A DNA stretch of 52,632 nt from a virus. Its lineage: Duplodnaviria; Caudoviricetes. A program made the translations under genes and the position numbers. Shown piece by piece: positions 16,233 to 26,807 of the stretch. The stretch's first letter is position 1. Each line of letters opens with the position of its first letter. Under the pieces are notes generated by a model, which saw nothing but the letters and a program-made list of their open reading frames with translations, was not told the DNA's origin and ran no database searches. Where the stretch lies: IMG/VR virus record IMGVR_UViG_3300006162_000018, positions 1-52,632 of that record, one strand, 5' to 3'.

Positions 16233-17069
16233 GTGGAACGCAACATACACGAAATGTATGAATCGGGTCACCCCGCTCGCGTCGCGGTTGCCGCCGCGCT
16301 TTCGAACGCCGATCGCCATCCTCGTCGCACGGCTGGAGGCATAATCCCGGCGCAAGCCATATCTCGGTCGCCATCGGGATGGCACCCGCGGCATTACCAG
16401 ATCGGCGGCCAGTTGCCACAAGGAGCGATGAATCCCCAGATCGCCGGTCTGATCCAGCAGATGCAGCAGATGACGCCGCAGCAGCTTCAGGCAGTCACGG
16501 CCCAAACCGGCCCTAATTCGCCGCAAGGGCTGCTGGCGCAGCGGATCTTGCAATCGAAGGGCATGCCGGGCGCGGGAACATCGCCTTCAACGGTTGCCCC
16601 GGCGATGAGCCAGCCGCCGGTCCCTAGCCGCATGTTCGCTCGTGGTGGAGCACCTCCGGCCGATGTTTCACGTGGGACAACTGGCTTCCTTCATTCTCAG
16701 ACGCCGGGCCGCACCGATCACCTGCGGATCTCGGCTCCGTCGGGTTCCTATGTGGTGCCGGCCGACATCGTGTCGGGGATTGGCGAGGGGAATTCAAACG
16801 CGGGCGCCCCGCTATTGATGCGGGCGTTGATGATGGGGCCGGGCAAACCGAAGCGACCTGCATCTCGCGCCAAGGGAGGAGCCGTCGAGGGCGAGCCTAC
16901 ACCGATTCTGGCTGCCGGCGGCGAGCTGATTGTGCCGCCCGAGCTGGTCAAGCTCTGGGGTTATGGCGACGCCAAGCGGGGCAACGATTTTCTCGACAAA
17001 TGGGTTATCGCCAAACGTAAGGAACTGGCTCGGAAGCAACGCAAGTTGCCGGGACCGGTGAAGTCGTGA
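16233..17069 (+). CDS. Putative internal virion protein
   Basis: TPGRTDHL...GSYVVPADIVS and AGGELIVPPE motifs; xxGG repeats. Confidence 0.55.
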   Translation: MERNIHEMYESGHPARVAVAAALSNADRHPRRTAGGIIPAQAISRSPSGWHPRHYQIGGQLPQGAMNPQIAGLIQQMQQMTPQQLQAVTAQTGPNSPQGLLAQRILQSKGMPGAGTSPSTVAPAMSQPPVPSRMFARGGAPPADVSRGTTGFLHSQTPGRTDHLRISAPSGSYVVPADIVSGIGEGNSNAGAPLLMRALMMGPGKPKRPASRAKGGAVEGEPTPILAAGGELIVPPELVKLWGYGDAKRGNDFLDKWVIAKRKELARKQRKLPGPVKS

Positions 17070-17109
17070 TGGAAATAAGCAAAGAAAATAGAGCCGGCTG
17101 GCCCCCTTC

Positions 17110-17604
17110 ATGAGCGCGATTACCAAATCTGCTATTACGAGACGCCCGCAGAATGTTAGGCTGGCCACATTCGCTGATGAGTCTCCTCTCTTCGATTTTT
17201 TGATGCTGGCGGCAGCAGAAAATGCCCTATCTCCTCCTAATGATGAAATAGTAAGAGCTACTATTAAGAAAGCCACAGAACGCGACGGAAATGTAATCGG
17301 AATTATTGACGCTCCGGACGGCACAATAGCTGGTTCTATAGGGATGTGCATGAATACATGGTGGTATTCTCGGCATTTCCATTGCCAGGATCTGTGGTGT
17401 TTCGTCCATCCTGACCATCGCCGGGGTAAGCAGACTTATGCGCGAGACCTGATCGATTTTGCGAAATGGTGGGCCGACCAGCTCGGCATGGATCTAATCA
17501 TGGGAGTGATGTCTCTCCATCGCGCGGAGGGGAAAGTGAGGCTCTATCGCCGCGTTCTTCCGTTTGTTGGCGCTGTGTTCCTGCATCGCGGTGGGGCCGC
17601 CTGA
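17110..17604 (+). CDS. GNAT-like acetyltransferase
   Basis: VRLAT...DLWCFVHPDHRRG...LIDFAKWWA; typical position before ejection genes. Confidence 0.7.
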   Translation: MSAITKSAITRRPQNVRLATFADESPLFDFLMLAAAENALSPPNDEIVRATIKKATERDGNVIGIIDAPDGTIAGSIGMCMNTWWYSRHFHCQDLWCFVHPDHRRGKQTYARDLIDFAKWWADQLGMDLIMGVMSLHRAEGKVRLYRRVLPFVGAVFLHRGGAA

Positions 17605-17605
17605 C

Positions 17606-20600
17606 ATGCCGAGTAAACCCAGCGGCACCAGTAGCACGAACACGGTAACGCAGCAATCCTCGCCGCCGCCGCAGATCATGGCGAACTATGAGAACGTCTA
17701 TAATCAAGCGGCCGGTCTTCCGGCCGCTTCTGCTGCCGCCGGTCTACCGACAGTAGCCCCATTAAATCAACAGCAAATGAATGCCGTAGGGGCGACGCCG
17801 TATCTAGCGGCGGGCTCCACGCCGTATCTTAATGCCGCCTCAAATTTATACGGCTCGGCCACAGCTCCACTCTACAGTGATGTCAACAATTACATGTCGC
17901 CTTATATCGGCGATGTGGTTAATGCGACCGAGCAGCAATTCAACAATCAGAATGCGATTCAGCAGACGGGGGTGCAGGGCAATGCCGTCGCCCAAGGAGC
18001 ATGGGGTGGGGATCGCTCGGCGGTAGCGCAGGGCATCGTCGCCGGTCAGCAGCAGGCGAACGAGGCCCCCGTCATCGCCGGCCTCTACAATACCGGTTAC
18101 GGAACCGCGCTGAATGCCGCGGAGACACAGGGTTGGCTCGGCTTGCAGGGAGCGGCCGGCCTTTCCAATCTCGGTCAGGAGAACTTCAACATCGGCGCTG
18201 GCACGCTCGGGGCCGAACTCCAGGGCGGCGCGCTTGTTCAGAACGAGCAGCAAGCGCTACTCAATGCGCCATATCAGCAGACCGGATGGCTAGCGAACAT
18301 CGCCGAAGGGCTGGGTGGTGCTTCAGGCGGCACGTCATCGACGCAGTATCCGAGTCCAAGCGCGCTATCGCAGGCAGCCGGACTCGGCATCGGCGGCCTC
18401 GGTATTCTCGGTTCGACCGGAGCATTCGGCTCGTCGGGCTATCTGACCGGTGCCGGCGGATTGCTGAATTTCAGTGGGGCCGTACCGGCGGCGGCGTCGA
18501 TCTTAGGATTGCCTGCCGCGACCAGCGGTGATGCATTGGCTTCCGCCAGTTTAAGCGCGGCCTTACGCCGCGGTGGCGGAATCCCGCATCGCGACTCCGG
18601 TGGAGGTATCGCCAACGATCTTTCCGAAGCGGCTGGTTACGGCGCGAACGGCTCGGGCATATTGGCCTCAGCCGGGGGCTCGGGCGGCATCCTACAGGAT
18701 CTGAGCGATCCAACCTCCAGCGCAGGTGCCGGATTGCTGACGGCGTTGTCGCTGCGCCGTGGTGGATGGGTGCCGCATCGCGACGGCGGCGGCGGCATCG
18801 TGCCAGGAGCCGGGCCATTCGGCATGCCGGGATCGTCGCCCATGCCGGTTTCGCTTCAGGTCATGGCGTTACCGCAGCATGGCATGCCGGGCAATCCGAT
18901 CGTCGGCGGGCCTCCCAGGCCGCCGAATGCACCACCGTCGAGCTGGGGTTCGACTTACGCCAACCCGAACGATTACGGCGGCATGCTGAGCGGCCTCGCG
19001 CACTCGATCCATTCAAGCGGGATCATGGGCCAGCGCCGCGGCGGCCTCGTGCGGCGTGCCGATGGCGGCGGCGGGATCATGCCGCCCAACATGCTGGCCC
19101 CTCCCACGGGCGATGACGCAAACACTTTCGTCATCGATGCGTCCGCGGCTCCGCAAGCAGGTGCGGCGCCTTCGGTCGCGGGTTTCTGGACTCAGCATGG
19201 AGCGACGCCGGCTGCGGCGCAGGGCATTCAAGCCGCAGCCGAGAGCGAAAGCGGGCTCAATCCGGGGGCGCCTGGCGATAATGGCACCAGCCTTGGCCTT
19301 TATCAGCATCATGGCCCGCGCCTTGACGCCCTCAAGGATTACGCAGCTACTCAAGGCGGATCGCCGACCGATCCTAACATACAGAACCAATTCGCTCTTT
19401 CGGAAGTGAACGGCGGCGATCCGCTCGCGACGAAACACTGGGATGAAATCAAATCCCAAACCGATCCCGGCAAAGCGCAGGCCCTTTGGGAAAAATATTT
19501 CGAGCGTCCGGGATTGGCTTCTAGGAGCGCTTCAGTTCAGCCACAGGGTATCGCACCCTCCGCCCCGGCCTTCATGGGTCAGGTCACCGATACTGGCGAG
19601 CCCTCGATGGGTGCGGGTCCGGCTTCGATGGGGCCGCCGCCTGCGCCCTCTGAGATGGATCGGCTGAATATGCCGGGCACCGATCCATGGCTTGCCTTGG
19701 CTGCGGCCGGATTCGGCATGGCCTCGGGCACGTCGCCCTTCGCAGCCGCGAACATCGGCCGCGGAGCTGAAGCTGGCATCAACTTCCTCGAACAAGAGCG
19801 CCAGATGCTGCCGGAGCAGCGCTTGCGCACAGCGCAAGCCGAACAGGCCGAAGTGACGGCGGGACTGACTGAGGCCCAGCTCGACTACTACGCCAATCAT
19901 GGCATCAACACCTTGAACGGCAATCTGGCGCTGGCTGGGAAAGCGCTCACCGGAGCCGGTGCGGGGCAGATCAGCGCGACGAATGGAGGTGTCAGCCAAG
20001 CGCCATCGATGATGACCTTGCCGAACGCGGGGGTTCCGGTGCCGACCGGTGGCGAGGCAAATCCGCAGTTTCAGCAGCTCGACGAGGCATATCGGCAACT
20101 CGACTTTCTTGCCGGGGCTCCGATGCTTCCGGCGCAAAAAGCGCAGATTATCGAGCAGATCGCCCGGCTACGCGATACGGACCCGCGTGTGGCCGCTGCC
20201 AAGGCTGGGATGGCGGCGCAGGCTCAGGTCGCGCCACACATCCAAGAGGCCGGCGGCAAGAAAGCCGCCGAGCTGGGATCGACGATCACAATGAGCCGCG
20301 ATGGAACCATGTATCTGGGGACTCAGCCCATCTGGACTTCTGCCATTCCGAGGCCCTATGTGACTTCGGCTGCGGAGGCAACGCCAACGGACCCCGAAGG
20401 GACGCCGCATGAGGGCTTTCGTGCGCGACCTATGCCCATTCCGGTAGGAGGTCAGCAACCTGCGGGCGGCGGTATTGCCCCCGTTCCTGGGTCGCCCGCA
20501 GCTATCGCCATTCCAAATCCGCCCTCTGCGCTGGCGGCTCCTCATCAGGCCAATCCTAACGCGCCGATTGGTGCCGATTGGCAGACGGGATTGTCGCCGG

Positions 20601-21253
20601 AGGCTCTGGGCCACGCGGAAGAGGCAGGTAAGACACGAGGCGAAGAGGAGCAGAAGGATCGTCAAGAGACAATCGAGGGCGGTGTCGCCGCCCAGCAGCA
20701 GCAGGCAATCCTATCGAGGCTAAAGGATGACGCGCCGCAATTCACCCAAGGCCCTTTCGCGGGCCACGTCCAAGCGGTCAACACCTATCTGCGTGCCATG
20801 TTCGGAACTCAGGTCCCGCAGGTGGCGTCCTATGAGGATTTCATCAAAAATGCCGGGGCATTGACCCGCGCGGCAGTGCGCGAGACTTCATCTCGGGCGG
20901 CGGTTCAAGAGTTCAAACTTATTGACGCGACGTTGCCCAGCCCCGATATGTCGCCGCAAGGCCTCAATCAGGTGGTTAACGAATACCAGGGATTGAACGA
21001 TTACAAGATAGCCAAAGTGCAGGCCCAGCAGGCGTGGGAACAGCAGCATGGCGGCACCGGCAATGTCCAGGGTTTTGAGACCGATTTCCAAGCCAAGGTT
21101 TCACCTTATGCCTTTGTCTTCAATCGGATGGACCCTGACGAGCAGCGTGGTCTTGTAAGTCGGATGCGCGCGACCTCGGCTGGTCGTGCCGAACTCGGCC
21201 ATCTAGCGCAGCAACTTCAGTATGCCAAGAACGCCGGGCTTGAGCCGCAATGA
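17606..21253 (+). CDS. Large ejection (internal virion) protein with phage tail lysozyme-like domain
   Basis: YMSPY...GAWGGDRS N-terminal region; ESESGLNP...GLYQH...FERPG lysozyme-like core. Confidence 0.75.
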   Translation: MPSKPSGTSSTNTVTQQSSPPPQIMANYENVYNQAAGLPAASAAAGLPTVAPLNQQQMNAVGATPYLAAGSTPYLNAASNLYGSATAPLYSDVNNYMSPYIGDVVNATEQQFNNQNAIQQTGVQGNAVAQGAWGGDRSAVAQGIVAGQQQANEAPVIAGLYNTGYGTALNAAETQGWLGLQGAAGLSNLGQENFNIGAGTLGAELQGGALVQNEQQALLNAPYQQTGWLANIAEGLGGASGGTSSTQYPSPSALSQAAGLGIGGLGILGSTGAFGSSGYLTGAGGLLNFSGAVPAAASILGLPAATSGDALASASLSAALRRGGGIPHRDSGGGIANDLSEAAGYGANGSGILASAGGSGGILQDLSDPTSSAGAGLLTALSLRRGGWVPHRDGGGGIVPGAGPFGMPGSSPMPVSLQVMALPQHGMPGNPIVGGPPRPPNAPPSSWGSTYANPNDYGGMLSGLAHSIHSSGIMGQRRGGLVRRADGGGGIMPPNMLAPPTGDDANTFVIDASAAPQAGAAPSVAGFWTQHGATPAAAQGIQAAAESESGLNPGAPGDNGTSLGLYQHHGPRLDALKDYAATQGGSPTDPNIQNQFALSEVNGGDPLATKHWDEIKSQTDPGKAQALWEKYFERPGLASRSASVQPQGIAPSAPAFMGQVTDTGEPSMGAGPASMGPPPAPSEMDRLNMPGTDPWLALAAAGFGMASGTSPFAAANIGRGAEAGINFLEQERQMLPEQRLRTAQAEQAEVTAGLTEAQLDYYANHGINTLNGNLALAGKALTGAGAGQISATNGGVSQAPSMMTLPNAGVPVPTGGEANPQFQQLDEAYRQLDFLAGAPMLPAQKAQIIEQIARLRDTDPRVAAAKAGMAAQAQVAPHIQEAGGKKAAELGSTITMSRDGTMYLGTQPIWTSAIPRPYVTSAAEATPTDPEGTPHEGFRARPMPIPVGGQQPAGGGIAPVPGSPAAIAIPNPPSALAAPHQANPNAPIGADWQTGLSPEALGHAEEAGKTRGEEEQKDRQETIEGGVAAQQQQAILSRLKDDAPQFTQGPFAGHVQAVNTYLRAMFGTQVPQVASYEDFIKNAGALTRAAVRETSSRAAVQEFKLIDATLPSPDMSPQGLNQVVNEYQGLNDYKIAKVQAQQAWEQQHGGTGNVQGFETDFQAKVSPYAFVFNRMDPDEQRGLVSRMRATSAGRAELGHLAQQLQYAKNAGLEPQ

Positions 21254-23274
21254 GCAGCCTCGATGACGCTCTTTCGGTGCTGAATACCGGCTTGGCTCAG
21301 CCGCCCCCGGCGAATGCCGGCGCGCCTCCGGCCGCCGCGCCGAGCAGTTTCGATCAGTCGCTCAGCATTTTGCAGAGCCCTGAAGCGTCGGCACCGTCTT
21401 CTATGCCCATGCCGGTGCCGACCTATCCCTCGCGACCATCCGGCGTTGCGGCGGGGATGGGTGAGGGATGGCTTGATGTTCTAGCCGCCGGAGCCCAAGG
21501 CACCCGTCCCGATGTTAAGGGCATGCCGGCCTATGGTTATCCTGGTTATACGGCTGCTCCTGCCCCGGACCAATGGACCTATCAAGAAAGCGGCTTGGTT
21601 CCGCATGGCGATACGCAGGTAGTTCTCCGCGATCCCGATACGGGTGAACAGAAAGTCTATATGCGTAATCCAGCGATGGAAGAGAGCGCTGATCTCGGAT
21701 ACGGCATTAGACCGAACCTTCCGGCGTTAGGTCGCGCTCTCGGCTATGGCATTCCCGAGCCCGGCATTCCGGCGGTGGCGATACCTCGCGCGGTCACTGC
21801 GGCGCAAATGTTGGCTCAAGATTTTGCGCGAAGTGGGGTTGATCCAACTATTCCCGTCCTCGCCCAAGGGCCAGCTTCTGGCTATGCCGCCTCGGTCATG
21901 TCGAAGCTTCCTGGCTTTTCTGGGCCGATCGTTCGTGGCATGCAGCGCACCGCGGCGCAAACTGGAGCCTCTGCTGATCGGACGGCCGCGCTCTTCGGGT
22001 CGGCTGGCAGCCAGAACATTAGCGAAGCTGCGGAAGAGGGGGGAGCTGCGGCGCAGACTGGAATTAAGAGCTTCGACAAGGGCGAGGCCCCCGCTGGCAT
22101 GAGCGCGGCCGACATCATCGCTTCGCCGACCAAGGCGTCGAGTTTTGCGGCTAAGTCCGGTGCGCTCTATGACCGGTTCTGGGATCAGATGGACCCGAGT
22201 ATCCAGATTCCGCTGGAGAATACGCTTGAGGCGCTTAAGGGGCCGATCGAGCGGTTCCCGTCCAATCCCTCTCTTGGTCAACAGATCACCAATTCAAACC
22301 TCCAGTCGCTTTATCAAAAGGCAGCGTCGAACGGCGGAACCTTAACGGTTCCAGAGTTGAAGGAGTTCCGATCCTTCATCGGTCGCGCGATGGGGGAGCC
22401 TGCATTGGCCGGCGGCAACGATATACCGCGTGGGGATCTGAGCGATGTTTATCGGGGAATGTCGCAAGACCTCGAAGGGGCAGCTGCTGCGCAAGGCCCG
22501 CAAGCCTCTCGGGCTTTCGAGGCGGCAAATTCCTACTACAACGCCGGCAAAGGGAGGATAGATCAACTTGAGCCCTTGCTATCCGGCTCGCCTGAACAGA
22601 CCTTCGCGGCAATCAATCGTGCGGCCGGGCAAGGACCATCGGCAAATGCTGGACTATTGCGATCCCTACAGCGATCGCTCCCCGATGCCGATTGGGGGAA
22701 TGTAGGGGCTGCTGTACTGCGCAAAATGGGAGTCCCGACTCCGGGTGTCGGGCCGCAAGACGCCTTCTCGCCAGCGAGCTTCGTCACCAATTGGAACAAG
22801 CTCTCCGATGCTGCGAAGGATACGCTATTTGGTGCGCAGGGAACCGATCAGCGTGATGGCATCGAGGCGCTGACCCGCGTTGCCGGCGCGCAAAAGGCGA
22901 TGACCCGATTCGGCAATCCGAGTGGGACGGCCCACATGGGGGCGACGCTCGGCGAGGTCGGAGTCGGGGTGACTGCTCTGGAGAATCGTGAAGCATTGCT
23001 GGCGCATCCGATCATGACGACTCTAGCCATCGCCGGGGGTTACGCAGCGCCACGCCTGCTGATGAATCCTTCCATCGCGCGGTGGCTCTATCAGATGCCG
23101 TCAACCATCAATCGCGCTCCGACAGTGCAAGCCGGAATCCAACGTGTGCTCGGCGGCCTGGATAATGTCGTCAGGTCGGATCAGGGATTGGCACCTTTCG
23201 CGGCGCAGATGCGGCAGTCTGTGGCTCCCGCAGCCTCCGTGCCACAGCCTCAGCGCCCCGAGCTAAGGCCGTGA
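21250..23274 (+). CDS. Putative ejection (internal virion) protein
   Basis: Large Ala/Gly-rich helical protein following the first ejection gene; FSPASFVTNWNKL and NPSGTA motifs. Confidence 0.6.
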   Translation: MSSLDDALSVLNTGLAQPPPANAGAPPAAAPSSFDQSLSILQSPEASAPSSMPMPVPTYPSRPSGVAAGMGEGWLDVLAAGAQGTRPDVKGMPAYGYPGYTAAPAPDQWTYQESGLVPHGDTQVVLRDPDTGEQKVYMRNPAMEESADLGYGIRPNLPALGRALGYGIPEPGIPAVAIPRAVTAAQMLAQDFARSGVDPTIPVLAQGPASGYAASVMSKLPGFSGPIVRGMQRTAAQTGASADRTAALFGSAGSQNISEAAEEGGAAAQTGIKSFDKGEAPAGMSAADIIASPTKASSFAAKSGALYDRFWDQMDPSIQIPLENTLEALKGPIERFPSNPSLGQQITNSNLQSLYQKAASNGGTLTVPELKEFRSFIGRAMGEPALAGGNDIPRGDLSDVYRGMSQDLEGAAAAQGPQASRAFEAANSYYNAGKGRIDQLEPLLSGSPEQTFAAINRAAGQGPSANAGLLRSLQRSLPDADWGNVGAAVLRKMGVPTPGVGPQDAFSPASFVTNWNKLSDAAKDTLFGAQGTDQRDGIEALTRVAGAQKAMTRFGNPSGTAHMGATLGEVGVGVTALENREALLAHPIMTTLAIAGGYAAPRLLMNPSIARWLYQMPSTINRAPTVQAGIQRVLGGLDNVVRSDQGLAPFAAQMRQSVAPAASVPQPQRPELRP

Positions 23275-23383
23275 GAATCGTCCCGAGCCATAAGGCGAAC
23301 AGCGTGATCCAGATCAGGTCGAGCGTGATCTGGAACATCAGCCCGTAGACGAGCGCAAACGATGCCACAAACCAGCGGTTCAC
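23171..23383 (-). CDS. Small antisense membrane protein
   Basis: GTG-started 70-aa ORF with a long hydrophobic stretch; TATATA box just upstream. Confidence 0.4.
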   Translation of the reverse strand: MNRWFVASFALVYGLMFQITLDLIWITLFALWLGTILTALARGAEAVARRLREPQTAASAPRKVPIPDPT

Positions 23384-23582
23384 GCGCCATATATAGTGAC
23401 AGGGCGAAAGCCTTGTCAGCCCTATTGCCGGAAGGTTGGTCCAATAGGGAGATTTTGATAGCACTTGGGAAATGTGCGGCAGCTCAAATGCTCTTAATCG
23501 CCGAAGCCGGAGGGTCTCCTGTTGAGGAAATATTTCGATGGTGGAGCGGCAGCATCGAAAACATTCTGGCTGAGCACGGGAA

Positions 23583-23801
23583 ATGAACAGAGCTATATAT
23601 AGTGACGACGTCATCGGCGATGGAATGGCGATCTTCGATCGCCTGCCGAAGCGCGTGCGCGATCGGCTCAATGATGGCATCGTGACTCAGAAGGTGGAGG
23701 ATATGGCCGTCATTGCCAGGGTGATCCGGACCCGTGGCGAGGACGAGGTCCTGCGGCTTCTGCGCGAAGCCGATCAGCAGAGGCGGGACGGGAAACTCTG
23801 A
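23583..23801 (+). CDS. Hypothetical protein
   Basis: MAIFDRLPKRVRDRL motif; coupled ORF. Confidence 0.6.
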   Translation: MNRAIYSDDVIGDGMAIFDRLPKRVRDRLNDGIVTQKVEDMAVIARVIRTRGEDEVLRLLREADQQRRDGKL

Positions 23802-24076
23802 TGAAAACCATCTACGCTAAACATGCGCCCTACGATGACGGTACACTCGGCTTGGTATGCAACGAGATGGAGTTGTGTGGGGCACCAACGATCCGCGTTA
23901 TCCAGATCGCCGAATGTTTTTACGCAGTAGAGGGTTCCCATAGGCTGGCAAGCGCTCATTACCTCGGACTCGAGCCTAAGCTGATCGTTCTACATGCCGA
24001 TCTTCCTGGCATTCCGCGCATCTCCCAAGATTTGCCAGTATATGATTTTACTCATGTTTGGGTGATAGAATCATGA
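23801..24076 (+). CDS. Small ParB/sulfiredoxin-like domain protein
   Basis: PTIRV...AVEGSHRLASA resembles the ParB N-terminal GxHR motif. Confidence 0.5.
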   Translation: MKTIYAKHAPYDDGTLGLVCNEMELCGAPTIRVIQIAECFYAVEGSHRLASAHYLGLEPKLIVLHADLPGIPRISQDLPVYDFTHVWVIES

Positions 24077-24387
24077 GCGAATACAAATATTTGTGGGGAT
24101 ATCGCTTCCGGCGCCCTCGGGAGTTGAGCTATACATGCGGATCTTTTTTGCCAGAAGAGACTGAGAAGGTCAATGCACTCATGGCTATCGCGGCGACGGC
24201 AAGAGATCCGGCCGATGATCTTCTTGTCGGGTTTTTGTTGCCTCCTGCTATCGCCGCCGCGCTTATTGCCGCGTGCGAGAGTGGTGATATAGTGCAATTC
24301 GCACACGAGTTTCGGGCGATGCAGGTTCGCAGTCCTGCGGTAAGTGGCGACAGTGACATAGATTTGCCCCCGCTTCGGTATGATTGA
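24073..24387 (+). CDS. Hypothetical protein
   Basis: ATGA-coupled ORF. Confidence 0.5.
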   Translation: MSEYKYLWGYRFRRPRELSYTCGSFLPEETEKVNALMAIAATARDPADDLLVGFLLPPAIAAALIAACESGDIVQFAHEFRAMQVRSPAVSGDSDIDLPPLRYD

Positions 24388-24566
24388 TGGCGCAGTCGGT
24401 CGATATTCCGTTTAGGCAGCGCGAAGAATGTGGGGGTTTCTATTACGCCGTCGGGATACCGCAATGGGCTTGGGACCAGATTGCTAGATTGGAGGAAGAG
24501 CGTCTGGCGAAGCGTTGGCTTACCAAGAGTGAGATGAATGTGATGTTCGGCGATGGATAAGGTCTG

Positions 24567-26807
24567 ATGGCGCAATCTGCCGGCCTTGGCGATTTCCGCC
24601 CGATCGATGACGGGAACGCCACCCGACTGCCGGAGCAGATCAGGCGTGAGCTTGCCGGCCGTGATGCGCTGACTTTGGTCGTGGCGAACGACGCCGATGA
24701 AGGGCTCGCCATCGCCAACCAAGACGAGGAAGATGACGGTCCGCGGCCGTCGTATCTGCGCGGCGATTTCGATGCCAATCTCGCCGAGAAAATGAGCCCC
24801 GGCGATCTAGCGGTCATCGCTTCGCGACTGCTGGAAGGCGTCGAGGCCGACCTGGCGACGCGGCGGGAATGGGAGAAGATCGCCGAGCGGGCGCTGGAAT
24901 ATCTCGGGCTGATTTTCCAGGAGGCGAGCGGCGTCCCGCAATCCGAGGGCAGCATATCTAAGGTGTGGCATACCTTGATGCTGGAGGCCTCGATCAATTT
25001 CTGGGCTAATGCGTATGCCGAGTTTCTGCCGGCCGATGGCCCGGTCAAGGTGCGTGACGACAAGCCGATCCAGCCGCGACCGACTAATGCGCCGGATGTT
25101 TCGCCGATCTCGCCGGATATGGAGGGCGACCGAGACGAGAAAGCCGAAGCATTCGAGCGTATATTCAACCACTTCCTGACCGTTACCGACAAACAGTATT
25201 ATCCAGATTTCTCGCGGATGTTGTGGTCCCTCGGCCCTATCGGCACTGAGTTCCGCAAGGTTTATTACAATCCGCTAAGGCGCATGATCGTCAGTGAATG
25301 GGTCAAATCGACTAACCTAATCGTTTCTAACGACGCGATGCATCTTACGACCGCGGGCCGAGTGACCGAGCGGATCATGATGCGCCATGCCGAGGTCAAG
25401 CGACTGGAGCACATGGATTGGTGGATCGACAATGAGTCGCTGATGCAGCCGATGGAGACGCCGACCGGCTTTGAGAAGAAGGTCGGCGAAATCGAGGGCA
25501 TCCGGCCCGGTCCCGAGCTTCCCGCCGATCACCGGCATACGATCTATGAGTCCCGTTGCGAATGGGATCTTCCTGATTTTGAGCATGAAGAAGAAGGAAG
25601 ACTGACCGGGCTGCCATTGCCGTACAAGATCACCGTCGATAAGGATTCTCGACGTATCAAAGAGATACGGCGTAATTGGAAAGAGGGCGATGAGAATTTC
25701 GAGCCGCGTCAACGCTATATCATGTTTGGTATGGTGCCGGGGTTCGGTTTCTATTCGCTCGGTTTCGCGCACATCCTCGGTAATACCGAACGCGCGCTGA
25801 CCACCCTGGAGCGTGAAGTCATCGACGCTGGAATGCTGTCGATCTTCCCTGGTCTGCTGGCCGCTAAGGGCTCGATGCCGCGGGGCACGACGCAGATCGC
25901 GATGGGGCCGATGGGTGTCCAGGAAATCGACCTGCAAATGAAGCAGCGTATCCAGGACGCGGTCATGGGTCTGCCGTATAAGGACCTCTCACCGCAGGTC
26001 ATGGAGCTGTCCGAAAAGCTGGAGCAGAACGGCCGCAAGCTCGCGGCGACGGTAGAGTTGCCGGTTGGTGAAGGCACTGCGGACATTCCGGTCGGCACGA
26101 TGATCGCGATGATCGAGCAGAGCACGAAGGTCATCGCCGCCGTTCACAAAGGGCTGCATAACTCGCGGCAGCAGGAATTAGAGCTGCTGAAAGAACTTCT
26201 CGCCGAGAATCCCGAGCAGTTGATGCGGATGGCGAAATCCTCTGGCCAGCCATGGCTGGAAGAGGACGAGTTCAGCGATATCAATTTGGTTCCGGCCAGC
26301 GATCCGAACACAGCGAGCCACATTCATCGGGTCATGAAGGCGACGGCGCTTGGGCAATTGGCGCAGATGTTCCCGGATTTGGCGAACCGGCAGGCGATCT
26401 TCCGGCGGCTCCTCAATGTGCTGCAAGAGCCCAATCCGGAGCAATATATAAACGAGGCTCCGGCACAGTCCGCGCCTACCCCGCAGCAGCAGGCCGCGCA
26501 GCAAAAATTGCAGGCGACGCAGCTTCAGACGCAGGCGAAGATGGCTGACACTCAGACGCGCGCCCAGACTTCGGCCGCCGATCAGCGAGCCAAGGTACAG
26601 ATCGCAGCGATGGGCGAACAGACGGAGCGGCTCAAAACCGCAGCCGAAGTCAAGGGTGACGCGGATAAGTTGCAAGCCGACCGTGCCGAGGGTATCGTCG
26701 ATCGTCAGCACGAGACGCAATTGGCGCGAGAAGAGCATGCCCACGATGGGGCGCAACAGCAACAAGAGCGACTGTTTCCGAATGTAACTCCCAAGAGGGC
26801 TTTCTGA
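24567..26807 (+). CDS. Portal protein
   Basis: 746 aa; LPADGPVK, FRKVYY, LPLPY, PGFGFY, PVGTMIAMIEQ, PASDPN and C-terminal Gln-rich barrel as in P22-like portals. Confidence 0.88.
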   Translation: MAQSAGLGDFRPIDDGNATRLPEQIRRELAGRDALTLVVANDADEGLAIANQDEEDDGPRPSYLRGDFDANLAEKMSPGDLAVIASRLLEGVEADLATRREWEKIAERALEYLGLIFQEASGVPQSEGSISKVWHTLMLEASINFWANAYAEFLPADGPVKVRDDKPIQPRPTNAPDVSPISPDMEGDRDEKAEAFERIFNHFLTVTDKQYYPDFSRMLWSLGPIGTEFRKVYYNPLRRMIVSEWVKSTNLIVSNDAMHLTTAGRVTERIMMRHAEVKRLEHMDWWIDNESLMQPMETPTGFEKKVGEIEGIRPGPELPADHRHTIYESRCEWDLPDFEHEEEGRLTGLPLPYKITVDKDSRRIKEIRRNWKEGDENFEPRQRYIMFGMVPGFGFYSLGFAHILGNTERALTTLEREVIDAGMLSIFPGLLAAKGSMPRGTTQIAMGPMGVQEIDLQMKQRIQDAVMGLPYKDLSPQVMELSEKLEQNGRKLAATVELPVGEGTADIPVGTMIAMIEQSTKVIAAVHKGLHNSRQQELELLKELLAENPEQLMRMAKSSGQPWLEEDEFSDINLVPASDPNTASHIHRVMKATALGQLAQMFPDLANRQAIFRRLLNVLQEPNPEQYINEAPAQSAPTPQQQAAQQKLQATQLQTQAKMADTQTRAQTSAADQRAKVQIAAMGEQTERLKTAAEVKGDADKLQADRAEGIVDRQHETQLAREEHAHDGAQQQQERLFPNVTPKRAF

